Assembly: GCA_963799485.1 (NCBI GenBank)
Contig: CAWCXJ010000006.1
Coordinates: forward strand, 448,001-512,000
Origin: an uncultured Trueperaceae bacterium
Lineage (GTDB): Bacteria > Deinococcota > Deinococci > Deinococcales > Trueperaceae
Length of the DNA: 64,000 nucleotides
Reading direction: 5' to 3'
Shown here: positions 46,938 through 55,920 of the stretch, in pieces
Layout of the letters: each line of letters begins with the position of its first letter
Position numbering within the stretch: position 1 is the stretch's first letter
Notes under the pieces: model-generated
The model's input: only the letters and a program-made list of their open reading frames with translations
Database searches by the model: none
What the model was told of the DNA's origin: nothing
Translations under genes and position numbers: made by a program

Positions 46938-46989
46938 TTAAACACCGTCTAAATTAAACGCTGCCTGACCAAACATTGTCTGATTGACC

Positions 46990-48096
46990 AAGTATTTCCG
47001 TAGTAAGCTTGCCAGATGCCAAGTGCGAGGTACATCAAGCTGAGCGAGGAAGAAGACAAGCAGTTGCGTGAGATTGAGCATCAGTCGGGACTGCGCGAGA
47101 AAGTACGTTTACGAGCAAGAATTTTGCGTTTGTCGCACCGTGGGCTGAAAGCTGAAGAAATAGCGAGCTACACGGGACGTGAGTAGCGTGTTGCGCGACT
47201 TCAACCGCTGGGAGCAAAGCGGGGTCGAGGGCCTAACTGAGGGGGTGGGCAGCGGTCAGCGGAGTCCTCTAGGCGAGCAAAAGCTTCTTAACGAAAAAGC
47301 TCAGTGAGGAGCGCAGTTGGACGGCCTCACAGTTAGCTGAAGGGGACGAAGCGTTCAAGCTCAAAGTCAACCGCGAAAGTCAACCGCGAAAGTCAACCGC
47401 GAAAGTATGCGGGTGTGCTTGCACGCAATGGGCTACAGCTGGCAACGCCACCGCTACGTGCCTGTCAAACAGCCTGAAGCTGAGGTTCTAGCGGCTAAAC
47501 AAGCCGAGTTCGACAGCTTAAAAAAAGAGCCCTTCAAGGAGCGCATGGCATCCGCCTGCAAGGTGACATCCTCCTGAAATACCTGGACGAGGTGGGTTTT
47601 AGCCGGTCTTTGCCTTTGAGCTATGGTTGGCGTCCCAAAGGCAAGCCCCTAAACGTTCCCAGGCACTGGGGGGCGGCGGGTCGCATCAACCTCATCGGCA
47701 CTTTGTCCTGTACCCGAGGTACTGAGCAGCTCGCGTACCAAGTGCTTGAAGAACGTTGCTACGCAATCCATGTCAAAACGTACCTGGAAACGTTGGCGCA
47801 AGAAGCAGAGCGTCTAGCCCCAGAAACAGTCGTCATTCTCGACAACGCGGGCTTTCACCGGGCGAATCTCATTAAAGACGAACAGGATGCCTGGGCAGCT
47901 CAAGGGCTTACCCTGTGGTTTCAGCCCTCTTACTCGCCTCGGTTCAACCTCATTGAGACCGTTTGGAAAAAGCTCAAAGGCTTTCTCCTGCCCAGGCGCT
48001 GCTACAACTCTAGACAACAACTCCTGGACGCTGTGCTGGCTGCCCTTCAACTCCTCGGCGCTAAAGCTATCTCGCAGTCATAGTATGGAGATACTT
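46990..48096 (+). mobile_element. IS630-family element, degenerate (contains 3 x 13 bp AAAGTCAACCGCG at 47363-47401)
   Basis: Broken orfA from 47018; orfB DE..., DNA.FH, YSP.FN.IE..W; imperfect TIRs AAGTATTTCCGTA / TATGGAGATACTT. Confidence 0.85.
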
Positions 48097-48192
48097 AAAT
48101 CCTGTAGCAGTAGTTAAGCAGTAAACCGGCACACAATAGAACAGCCCCGCTTATCACGAGGCTTCTTTTTTACGTCCCTCACATTATTTCTT

Positions 48193-48237
48193 TGGTAGCG
48201 ATGGAGAGACTTGAACTCTCGACCTCACGATTATGAG
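48193..48237 (-). repeat. att site: 45-bp duplicate of the tRNA(CAT) 3' half
   Basis: TGGTAGCGATGGAGAGACTTGAACTCTCGACCTCACGATTATGAG is identical to 57210-57254. Confidence 0.96.
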
Positions 48238-48458
48238 GTGTATAAATCCCCTAACGCTTCATTACGCTAGATTACAACAGATGACGAGAGACCGTTACAG
48301 ACGCACTTTTACCCTCTACCCCACCCCTGTATGAATGTCTTATCACGCTACGTAACGCGCCTGTAGGTGTAAATAATGTGTAACTCGCACAGGGACTTTA
48401 TGCCGTGAGAGACGGTAAAAGTATGACGACTCGTGATGTGATGTGGTAACATGTACCA

Positions 48459-48848
48459 ATGACGGCGATAACCCCGGACAAGCTCGAGGCGAATAAAGTA
48501 TTCGCCGAGCGGATTATCGACGCCCAAAGACAAGAGGCCGACGCCGCAAAGCGAAACCTCGAGCGGGTCAAGGCGCAGCGCATCCCGCGTGACTCTGTTT
48601 TTATGCGGCGCTGGGGTTGCAGCTTGCGGCGCGTCCCCTTTTTGTACGGTGCGAACGTTACAGCCGCCGAAGTTGACCAAATTGTCAACGCGGCCCGCGC
48701 TGCTCACCGTGAGGCGATTCTAGAGGCTGGCGCGCTTCTCTTAGAGCCGCCGCCGTCGTGGGCACATGCTGACCTCAACGAGCAGCCGCGCCCCGAATTA
48801 CCACTCAGCAAAACCCCAAAAATACTGCAAAACGCCCCGAATAGCTGA
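48459..48848 (+). CDS. Hypothetical protein (element)
   Basis: 129-aa ORF at the head of the backbone operon. Confidence 0.55.
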   Translation: MTAITPDKLEANKVFAERIIDAQRQEADAAKRNLERVKAQRIPRDSVFMRRWGCSLRRVPFLYGANVTAAEVDQIVNAARAAHREAILEAGALLLEPPPSWAHADLNEQPRPELPLSKTPKILQNAPNS

Positions 48849-48936
48849 TCAAATGGCGCGGGTTTAACCCGTAAACCTTTTGATCTACCGAAGGTTTGAT
48901 CTTTCGATCATCTTCGCGTTTTGGAGCGTTTTTTTA

Positions 48937-49137
48937 ATGACAACTGAACCGCAGGGCTCGCCCTTTTACAACTACCCAGAACTTTGGATTGCGAACGAAA
49001 AGAAGATCGGCATTAACCAATTGCGCGCCTGGGGCCGGTCAAAGAAACTGAGGACGGTGCGTGTGGGCCGCAGAATCCTTATCCCAAAAACTGAGCTTGC
49101 GCGTCTCGCTGAGATTGCCGGAGGTGACGATTCATGA
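48937..49137 (+). CDS. Excisionase-like HTH DNA-binding protein
   Basis: L.TVRVGRRILIPK.EL motif. Confidence 0.75.
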   Translation: MTTEPQGSPFYNYPELWIANEKKIGINQLRAWGRSKKLRTVRVGRRILIPKTELARLAEIAGGDDS

Positions 49138-49367
49138 GAAATCCCCATCTTGCCAGAGATGGGGACGCGGCGATTCGTAAGCAGAGTTTAACACGAGGTA
49201 CGTGCTGTAATCCACGTAACTACGTGCGCCCCCGACCCCCAAGCCACCGTGAAGTTTCAAAATGTCAACAAGCAAATCACGTCGCGCTCGTGCGGCTGGA
49301 ACGTTATCTAAAGGCACTTACGGCTTACCGGTACCGCCTCGACAATCCGGGGGTACACCGTGCCTGA
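49134..49367 (+). CDS. Hypothetical protein (element)
   Basis: ATGA overlap with upstream gene; RBS GGAGG. Confidence 0.5.
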   Translation: MRNPHLARDGDAAIRKQSLTRGTCCNPRNYVRPRPPSHREVSKCQQANHVALVRLERYLKALTAYRYRLDNPGVHRA

Positions 49368-50859
49368 ACCCAAAACCCTGGAGGAGTGGGAGGCAGAGCA
49401 GGAAAGGCTCGAGCAAACAAAGGCCCGAAAGACTAAGACGCCCACTCCTAAGCCCGCCGACGATAAGCCTAATACATCCGGTCTCAAAACCGAAAAGCAG
49501 CGTGAGACGAAAGCCAAACCCCAAGCCCTGATTACTCGCTTGTCAGACGTGACCCCTCAGGATGTCTCTTGGCTCTGGCACCCGTATATCCCTCTAGGAA
49601 AGCTCACCCTCTTAGAGGGCGACCCCGGCTTAGGCAAGACGTTTATCAGTTTGACCTTAGCCGCTGCGATTACAAGAGGCTGGCCTTTACTCTCTCAGAC
49701 CGGCGCACCTGGAAACGACCTCGAGCCCGCTGATGTTCTCTATATGAGCGCAGAGGATGGTTTAGCCGACACCTTGCGCCCTCGTTTAGATGCCGCCGAC
49801 GCCGACGTAAGCCGCGTTCACGCGCTCACCGGCTGGCGGCTAGATGACGGGAACGAAGGGGTAGAGGGCGCGGTGAGTCTGGGAGACATCCCCATTCTCG
49901 AGCAAGCTCTCAGCGCTGTCAAACCCAAGCTCATCATCATCGACCCGCTTCAGGCTTACTTAGGTGCGAAAGTGGATATGCACCGTGCTAACGAGGTAAG
50001 GCCGCTTCTCTCAGCTCTTGGCAACTTGGCAGAGAAACACGAGTGCGCTGTCATCTGTATTCGTCACCTGTCCAAAGCTATGAGCCCAAAAGCGATTTAT
50101 AGCGGCATGGGGTCTATCGACTTCGCCGCCGCTGCCCGGTCGATTCTCACCGTAGGGGAACACGACGGCGAGCGCCTGTTAGCGCACGTCAAAAGCTCAC
50201 TGGCACCGCAGGGCAAGAGCATCCGCTACGAACTCCGGGATGGTTCACTCAACTGGTTAGGTATCTCGGATGTGACCGCTGAAGAGCTGAGCGGCCCCCA
50301 AATCCAAAGTGCAGAGGGTGAAAGCACCGTAGACAACGCTGTGACCTTTTTGCAGGACTTTTTAGACGACGGCGCACAACCTGCGAGCGCAGCCTTTAGA
50401 GCAGCGAAGCAAGAGGGTATATCCGAACGGACGTTGAAACGGGCCAAGTCACAGCTCGAGGTCAAAAGCCAAAGGATAAGCGCCGGGAATGACGGCGCGG
50501 GCAAATGGTCATGGTCTCTACCGTATAACAGTGGCACTCTTGCCCCCTTGCAAGCAAACCCTGTCACAGACGCGAATCCCGCAAGTGTGCCAAGTGTGCC
50601 AACTGAAGATGTGGCACTCTTGCGAAAAGAGCGTGAGGCACACAAAAATCCGCAAGAGGGCAAGGGTGCCAAGCTTTTACCCTTAGAGGCTTATGACTGT
50701 TTGCGGAAAAGACTCGAGGCTCAAGACTGGCATGTTCCAAGCGCCGGAAAGCTACGCGACTTCTACCGCCGTGCTGATTCAGGAGACCTAGAAGCGCGGG
50801 GTGCAATTGATGACTACCTACAAAACCCGCAGGTCGTGCAAGCACTTGGGGTCAACTGA
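49360..50859 (+). CDS. AAA_25 / RepA-like RecA-fold helicase with C-terminal wHTH
   Basis: WLW.PYIP.G, GDPGLGKT, AED, IIIDP, RH..K, GS....AAR. Confidence 0.85.
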   Translation: MPEPKTLEEWEAEQERLEQTKARKTKTPTPKPADDKPNTSGLKTEKQRETKAKPQALITRLSDVTPQDVSWLWHPYIPLGKLTLLEGDPGLGKTFISLTLAAAITRGWPLLSQTGAPGNDLEPADVLYMSAEDGLADTLRPRLDAADADVSRVHALTGWRLDDGNEGVEGAVSLGDIPILEQALSAVKPKLIIIDPLQAYLGAKVDMHRANEVRPLLSALGNLAEKHECAVICIRHLSKAMSPKAIYSGMGSIDFAAAARSILTVGEHDGERLLAHVKSSLAPQGKSIRYELRDGSLNWLGISDVTAEELSGPQIQSAEGESTVDNAVTFLQDFLDDGAQPASAAFRAAKQEGISERTLKRAKSQLEVKSQRISAGNDGAGKWSWSLPYNSGTLAPLQANPVTDANPASVPSVPTEDVALLRKEREAHKNPQEGKGAKLLPLEAYDCLRKRLEAQDWHVPSAGKLRDFYRRADSGDLEARGAIDDYLQNPQVVQALGVN

Positions 50860-51056
50860 TGCCCCGCGCTAGGAAACTGACACAGCCCCGTCTACTCCCT
50901 CAGCTCGAGCCCATCCGACCCGGCGACGCGCTCACTATAGGCGACCTCATTACGCGCTACGAGTGCCGGTGCGGAAACCGTGCCGAAACAGGAATCCGCC
51001 TGGACGCTGTGACCTGCGTTAAATGCGGTGCGGCGATGAAACCGGTGACATCGTGA
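50859..51056 (+). CDS. Small Zn-ribbon protein
   Basis: CRCG...CVKCG; TGATG coupling to the helicase. Confidence 0.6.
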   Translation: MPRARKLTQPRLLPQLEPIRPGDALTIGDLITRYECRCGNRAETGIRLDAVTCVKCGAAMKPVTS

Positions 51057-51153
51057 AAACGTACCCCGCCGCTCGAGCCCCGCCGACCGCTAAGCCCCTA
51101 GACCTCACCCCGTTCCTGATCCTTTGATCCCTTCAGAGAAAGTAGAGATTACA

Positions 51154-51450
51154 ATGTCCGAACTCAGCCCATTGCAGGTACAAGCGGCAAAACTGCTAGG
51201 CCGTGGCTACACCCCGACCGATGTCAAAAAACACCTCGAGCTACCCCAAACCCTTTTTGCCCAGTGGCGTGAAGATGACGACTTTAACGCCGCTGTAGAG
51301 CGCGAAAAATTCAACGAGACCGGCGCGATAGAAGGCGAAACTCTGCTCGAGGCTGCCTCAGCTTTCGGAATGCTAGACCCCGGCGCACCCATCATCACGA
51401 AAGACCCGTCAGAGCCAAGCCATTACGATCCCGCAGCGGAGGTTAAATAA
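51154..51450 (+). CDS. HTH protein (terminase-small-subunit-like N-terminus)
   Basis: LSPLQVQAAKLL..G...........W..D.DF pattern. Confidence 0.5.
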   Translation: MSELSPLQVQAAKLLGRGYTPTDVKKHLELPQTLFAQWREDDDFNAAVEREKFNETGAIEGETLLEAASAFGMLDPGAPIITKDPSEPSHYDPAAEVK

Positions 51451-52119
51451 TGCCCGCCCTAGTTATCCAAGCACGGCGGGCCGTGTCTGACGCTGAGAAA
51501 CAGCTAGCCGCTCTGGAGAAAGAACGCACGCAGCACGCCGAACAGTTGAGCGTGTGTGAAGCTGAAGAACAGGCCGTTGTTAAGGGCCGGGCCGGTCTCG
51601 ACAAGATCACCGCTGTTGGGTTACGTGCCGACGCCGCCCGGAAACAGCTCGCGCAGACCGAGGCAGATATAGCCGAGTTGCTCGAGCGGCTCCCTGACCT
51701 GTCGGATCAGCTCGAGCGTGAAGAGGTAATCAGTTTACTGGCTACCCATGCAACCGAAGGGGCAGCGTCAGAAGTGCGCTTACGGGACGCGCTGCACAAT
51801 CTAACCGAGACCATCCGGGAGCCTTTACAAAAAGTTTTAGAGGCGCACGCCGCTCACCAAATGGCGGTAGAGCGCTACAACGAACTCGGTAAAGAAGCTG
51901 TACCTGGCTACCGCTACAGTTGGCGGCTACAGCGTACAGGGTCTTAAATGGGATGATCCAAACGATCCCGACCGGAAAGCTCTCGAGCGGGAACTTCAGC
52001 GGCGCGGTTATGACCTGAATGCGGTAGTGGCTCCCTTAGTCAAACCTGCTGTAGACGACACCCTTGCCTTTGCGGTCTGGCAGCTCTACCGAAGCACCAA
52101 AGATTTGAGGGGACTCTAA
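51450..52119 (+). CDS. Coiled-coil protein, apparently frameshifted near 51930
   Basis: ORF stops at 51947 but a shifted frame (GLKWDDP...LRGL) runs to TAA overlapping the next ATG. Confidence 0.5.
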
Positions 52120-52634
52120 TGCCCCGCACCTGTAGTGTTTGCGCTCACCCGGAACGTGTTGCAATCGAGACGGCCCTGCTTGAAAATGCGCCATTACGCG
52201 ACATAGCGCGACAATTCTCAGTTTCCAAAGATGCGGTAGCGAGACACAAAGAAAGCCATATCACCGCCCGTCTAGCTTCAGCTCATGCGGCTCAAGAGGC
52301 GACTGACGCCGGTACGATTATGGACAGACTCCGGGCTTTGAACGCTGAAGTTACCGACCTGCTACAAATTGCAAAAACGGCCCGGAACCATGAGCTGAGA
52401 TTAAAGGTTCTAACACGGGCCGAATCCCAACTTGCGCTCGAGGCCAAGCTCTTATCGGAACAGCCGCTCTTGGAGCGTCAGGTCAACGAGCTTTTACAGA
52501 TCAAGATGGTTGAGGCGCTTGTCAGGCTCCGTATCCACTTCGGAGATCAGCCGGGGCTACTCAGGGAAATCTACACGGCGTTCGTAGGTGATGAACCCGC
52601 CGGACACGCGGGCCAGCGTCAGCTACCAAACTAA
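52119..52634 (+). CDS. CxxC/H Zn + HTH protein (TerS-like)
   Basis: MPRTCSVCAHPER...RDIARQFSVSKDAVARHK..H. Confidence 0.6.
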   Translation: MPRTCSVCAHPERVAIETALLENAPLRDIARQFSVSKDAVARHKESHITARLASAHAAQEATDAGTIMDRLRALNAEVTDLLQIAKTARNHELRLKVLTRAESQLALEAKLLSEQPLLERQVNELLQIKMVEALVRLRIHFGDQPGLLREIYTAFVGDEPAGHAGQRQLPN

Positions 52635-52831
52635 GTAGCCTGATCCTGTTACCACGACGCGCTACCGCTCACCCGGCGCGTCGCTAGTATTCCGTAAGTC
52701 CTTGAAAAGCTAGAGCTAGCTCCAACAATCGTGCTGTTGACCCCAGCACGATATTTAATATCAGTGCTAAGCTTTGTCAACTAAACTGTGAAGAAGGCAT
52801 GATTTGATTTGATGCATAATTTAGGAGAGGA

Positions 52832-54043
52832 ATGACGGCTCAAACGCGACGACGGGGAGAATTCAGAGTTGAGTCGCGTGCTCAGCTATTTGATCTGTTG
52901 CAAGACGTTATGGACGTCTCTTACTCTCACCTTCTTGAAGGTCGCCGCCTCGAATATGAAAGAGGGTTGCTTAAAAGCTACATACTTGAGACAGACCTAT
53001 TTCGAGATGAAGAAAAGCTCAGCAATGAGAAGAAGGTCAAGCAATTCATCAAACAGTCCCTGACACCAGAAGCCAAAGCTCGAACCCTTATTACAATTCG
53101 AGAAACAGATGAGGAAAAGTTCTATGAGATCGAATGTACAACCAACAAGCACCAATCGACTATCTACCTTGATGCAAGCACGGATGATAGGTTTTGGCTA
53201 GCCTATTCGATAAGTAATTCGACATCTACTGATTGGTGGTTGGATAGGGTTGTTTCCACGAACCCAAACATAGACTATGCATGGCTGTGGCCTCGGTTTC
53301 TAGAAGGCGTACAACAGCGAGGTCTCCCGCGTGGCTTTGGGCTGGATTATGACTACAGAAGATTTGAGGAAGAGTCAGAAGTAACGAGCTACATCAAAAT
53401 GCAATTATGGGGCGGCGCGGATACCGCAGTAGTTTATGAGACGCTCAAAGGCTTGCGAGAACTCAATGGCAAGATCGTCCTATCTAAAGTGAGGGTTAAA
53501 TCCCTTAGAGATGACGATATTGAACCAGAAAAAGAAAATTTGCATTTTGCTTTAGAGGATATTAAATATACTGGCAAGTTTACGGTTAGGGGAACTGACT
53601 TTGGTGTTCACAACAGAAACCTAAATCGTGTTCGTGCTAGCTATGCGGAAATTGTACGCAGTGTAGAAAATATGTGTGGGCTCAGTTGGGATGTAGACCA
53701 AACAGGTGGAGTTATCCTAGATGGTTACGCAATTAACTTCATTCCGCAAAACCTGACTCTGGATGTTTTGAGCTTCTGTGAACGTGTATTTAGTGGTAGT
53801 CTTCCGTTTCGGCTATTAGGCATGATCAACCTGAAGCACGATAACTACGCAACAGTCAACGTAGTGGATATGCATACAGGAGGAAAGCTTTTCTTTGAGA
53901 TTTCGCCTGATTTAATAACGGTTTATCTACCAAGTGCAACTTGTGGAAATACCATCGCTCGCTTGTATACAAATTTGCAACACTATTTGAATTCCAATTT
54001 TGAGGTTGAGGCAGACAATGGACAAAGACTCTTTCGATTCTGA
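52832..54043 (+). CDS. Cargo protein A, 403 aa, unknown function (candidate defence)
   Basis: Long AT-rich ORF, RBS AGGAGAGG; no motif recognised. Confidence 0.85.
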   Translation: MTAQTRRRGEFRVESRAQLFDLLQDVMDVSYSHLLEGRRLEYERGLLKSYILETDLFRDEEKLSNEKKVKQFIKQSLTPEAKARTLITIRETDEEKFYEIECTTNKHQSTIYLDASTDDRFWLAYSISNSTSTDWWLDRVVSTNPNIDYAWLWPRFLEGVQQRGLPRGFGLDYDYRRFEEESEVTSYIKMQLWGGADTAVVYETLKGLRELNGKIVLSKVRVKSLRDDDIEPEKENLHFALEDIKYTGKFTVRGTDFGVHNRNLNRVRASYAEIVRSVENMCGLSWDVDQTGGVILDGYAINFIPQNLTLDVLSFCERVFSGSLPFRLLGMINLKHDNYATVNVVDMHTGGKLFFEISPDLITVYLPSATCGNTIARLYTNLQHYLNSNFEVEADNGQRLFRF

Positions 54044-54956
54044 CCTAGTTAATTTATTTATTGCACTTTGTAAAGGCTCGAGAAGGCTCAGGCCACACGC
54101 AGAGAAGTTCAGTAGAGAGCTTGGATATAAAGTCTTTAGATTCGAGCCAAAATTTCCGCTCAAAAGTGGAGGATACAGTTCCCCAGATCTTATCCTTCAT
54201 TCAAAAACTTTAGGCAACGCCCTTGTCATGGAATGGACTCGGAACTCTAATATAAATACAGACGAGCGCAAGCAAAATCAGCTGAGCAAATACGTAAGGA
54301 TGGGATCGGACGATCTGCGCGAGAACGCAGGGATGCCAGCAACTTCAGCGAAGATGCATAGCGTCATAGTTGTTTTAGAACCCGCATCTTGTAAGGCTTA
54401 TATATCTTTCCTCTCAAAGCAAGGGTGGACACTTCCTGTTATGTCGTTCTTGACAGACGGCAACAAACGTACTCTAGTTAAGCAAGCGCACCATATATTG
54501 GAACCTCGCACAGAAGAATTTTTCAGGAATCATCTTGAATTCAGTGACATACCTGAAGGCTACATACCCTTCTCACTACAACACATACGCCTCTCCGATC
54601 TCGTTGAGTTAATCACTAATCACCTGATAAGTTTGATCATAAAAGGAGAAACGAAGCGCGTTGACATTGACCGGTTTTGTGAGGGATATCTTACTGGAAG
54701 CTTCAATATTTTCAAACACTTAGGTCACGAAAAAAAGATGGATCTAAGAAATAAAACTGTGAGGATCCTTCAGATTATTGCCCAAGATGAAAAAACTAGC
54801 GATCTAATCTCTCGAACTGGTAGAAAATCGGACACCTGGGAGTTGCTTGATAGAAAGGATTTTCAGTCAAAGTATTCTTTTTATCACAGTGGGCTGATTG
54901 CTATCGTCAATAAGATAAAAGACAATAATCCTATACAGGGTACTTTGTTTGACTGA
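54018..54956 (+). CDS. Cargo protein B, PD-(D/E)xK-like nuclease fold candidate
   Basis: SPDLIL...LVMEWT; C-terminal QGTLFD; overlaps gene A by 26 bp. Confidence 0.75.
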   Translation: MDKDSFDSDLVNLFIALCKGSRRLRPHAEKFSRELGYKVFRFEPKFPLKSGGYSSPDLILHSKTLGNALVMEWTRNSNINTDERKQNQLSKYVRMGSDDLRENAGMPATSAKMHSVIVVLEPASCKAYISFLSKQGWTLPVMSFLTDGNKRTLVKQAHHILEPRTEEFFRNHLEFSDIPEGYIPFSLQHIRLSDLVELITNHLISLIIKGETKRVDIDRFCEGYLTGSFNIFKHLGHEKKMDLRNKTVRILQIIAQDEKTSDLISRTGRKSDTWELLDRKDFQSKYSFYHSGLIAIVNKIKDNNPIQGTLFD

Positions 54957-55009
54957 AAGGAGAAGCAACTAAATGAGCTCACGTTGACATGCGCTATTCA
55001 CTTGACCAC

Positions 55010-55045
55010 AAAAAGACCCCCGACGCTAAACCGGGGGCTTGCTTT
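55010..55045. terminator. Probable bidirectional intrinsic terminator
   Basis: AAAAAG-ACCCCCG...CGGGGG-CTTGCTTT hairpin between convergent units. Confidence 0.6.
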
Positions 55046-55286
55046 GAATTGTAAGTTTAACTAAGTGCCTCGAGCGCCTCTAGCTTCAGAGCACACGTTT
55101 CAACTCGCGTCTAGCAGCGTTCTCTACACATGCCGCTGCTAGACGTTCAGCCTGACTACTTTGACCTAACGCTGATACCTGCCTATGAAGGGCTACAGCT
55201 CCGATAGCGGGTTACTGCCCGATCTACAACCTCTTCAGGGGCAAGATCAAAGATCATTGATCCAGTATTTGCAGAGGTATTCAAGC

Positions 55287-55568
55287 TCATGCGGCGACCG
55301 CCAAAGTATTTACAGCCGGGACAAGGCTGTGAACCTCATCCCAGACGCCGTAATCGACCCGCTGCACAGAAGTCTCAAAAGCGTAGCGGTGTACCGGAAA
55401 AACGACCTCATCACGCTTTAGGTCAGCTAAGGCGACGCGTCGGTTTACTTTGTCGGCGCTCTCGATGATGGCGTAACCAAAGGTGAGGGTGCTCGAGACC
55501 GCTGTGATAATGCCGAGGCCGCGCACCGTTGCGCCTAAAAGTTTGGTTTGTCTGGGTGTATTCTGCAT
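55287..55568 (-). CDS. Hypothetical protein divergent from the XRE HTH
   Basis: 93-aa ORF downstream of a consensus leftward promoter. Confidence 0.5.
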   Translation of the reverse strand: MQNTPRQTKLLGATVRGLGIITAVSSTLTFGYAIIESADKVNRRVALADLKRDEVVFPVHRYAFETSVQRVDYGVWDEVHSLVPAVNTLAVAA

Positions 55569-55626
55569 TTGGAACTTCGTTTCTAGCTAAGGGATAACTT
55601 TGGACGGTTGCCCTTAGCTGTCTGTA

Positions 55627-55668
55627 ATGATAACAATTATTGACAGTGGTGTCAATATCGTATACCAT
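55627..55668. promoter_or_regulatory. Back-to-back sigma70 promoters with palindromic operator TATTGACA-N4-TGTCAATA
   Basis: Plus strand TTGACA-17-TACCAT; minus strand TTGACA-17-TATCAT. Confidence 0.75.
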
Positions 55669-55675
55669 GTCTAAT

Positions 55676-55918
55676 ATGGGAATGAACGAAAACATCAGAC
55701 AAACGGTGCGTAACACCATGAACGCCAAAGACGTAAGTACCTACAAACTGGCAGAGCAGGCTGGTATGTCTCAGCCCAACGTGGCGCGCGCGCTTACCGG
55801 ACGATCCGGGAGTATCCCGACAACGTGGCAGCGCATCTTGGACGCGTTAGGGCTCGAGCTGGTAGCTGTACCCAAAGGAACCGACGTAGCCAAGCTTTTG
55901 GCAGAGAGAGAGGGGTAA
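55676..55918 (+). CDS. XRE-family HTH regulator (probably leaderless)
   Basis: STYKLAEQAGMSQPNVAR.L.G; W..ILDALGLEL. Confidence 0.85.
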   Translation: MGMNENIRQTVRNTMNAKDVSTYKLAEQAGMSQPNVARALTGRSGSIPTTWQRILDALGLELVAVPKGTDVAKLLAEREG

Positions 55919-55920
55919 CG

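Noticed and set aside
48193..48237. Second tRNA(CAT) gene
   Set aside because: Only the 3' 45 nt are present; it is the att duplicate.
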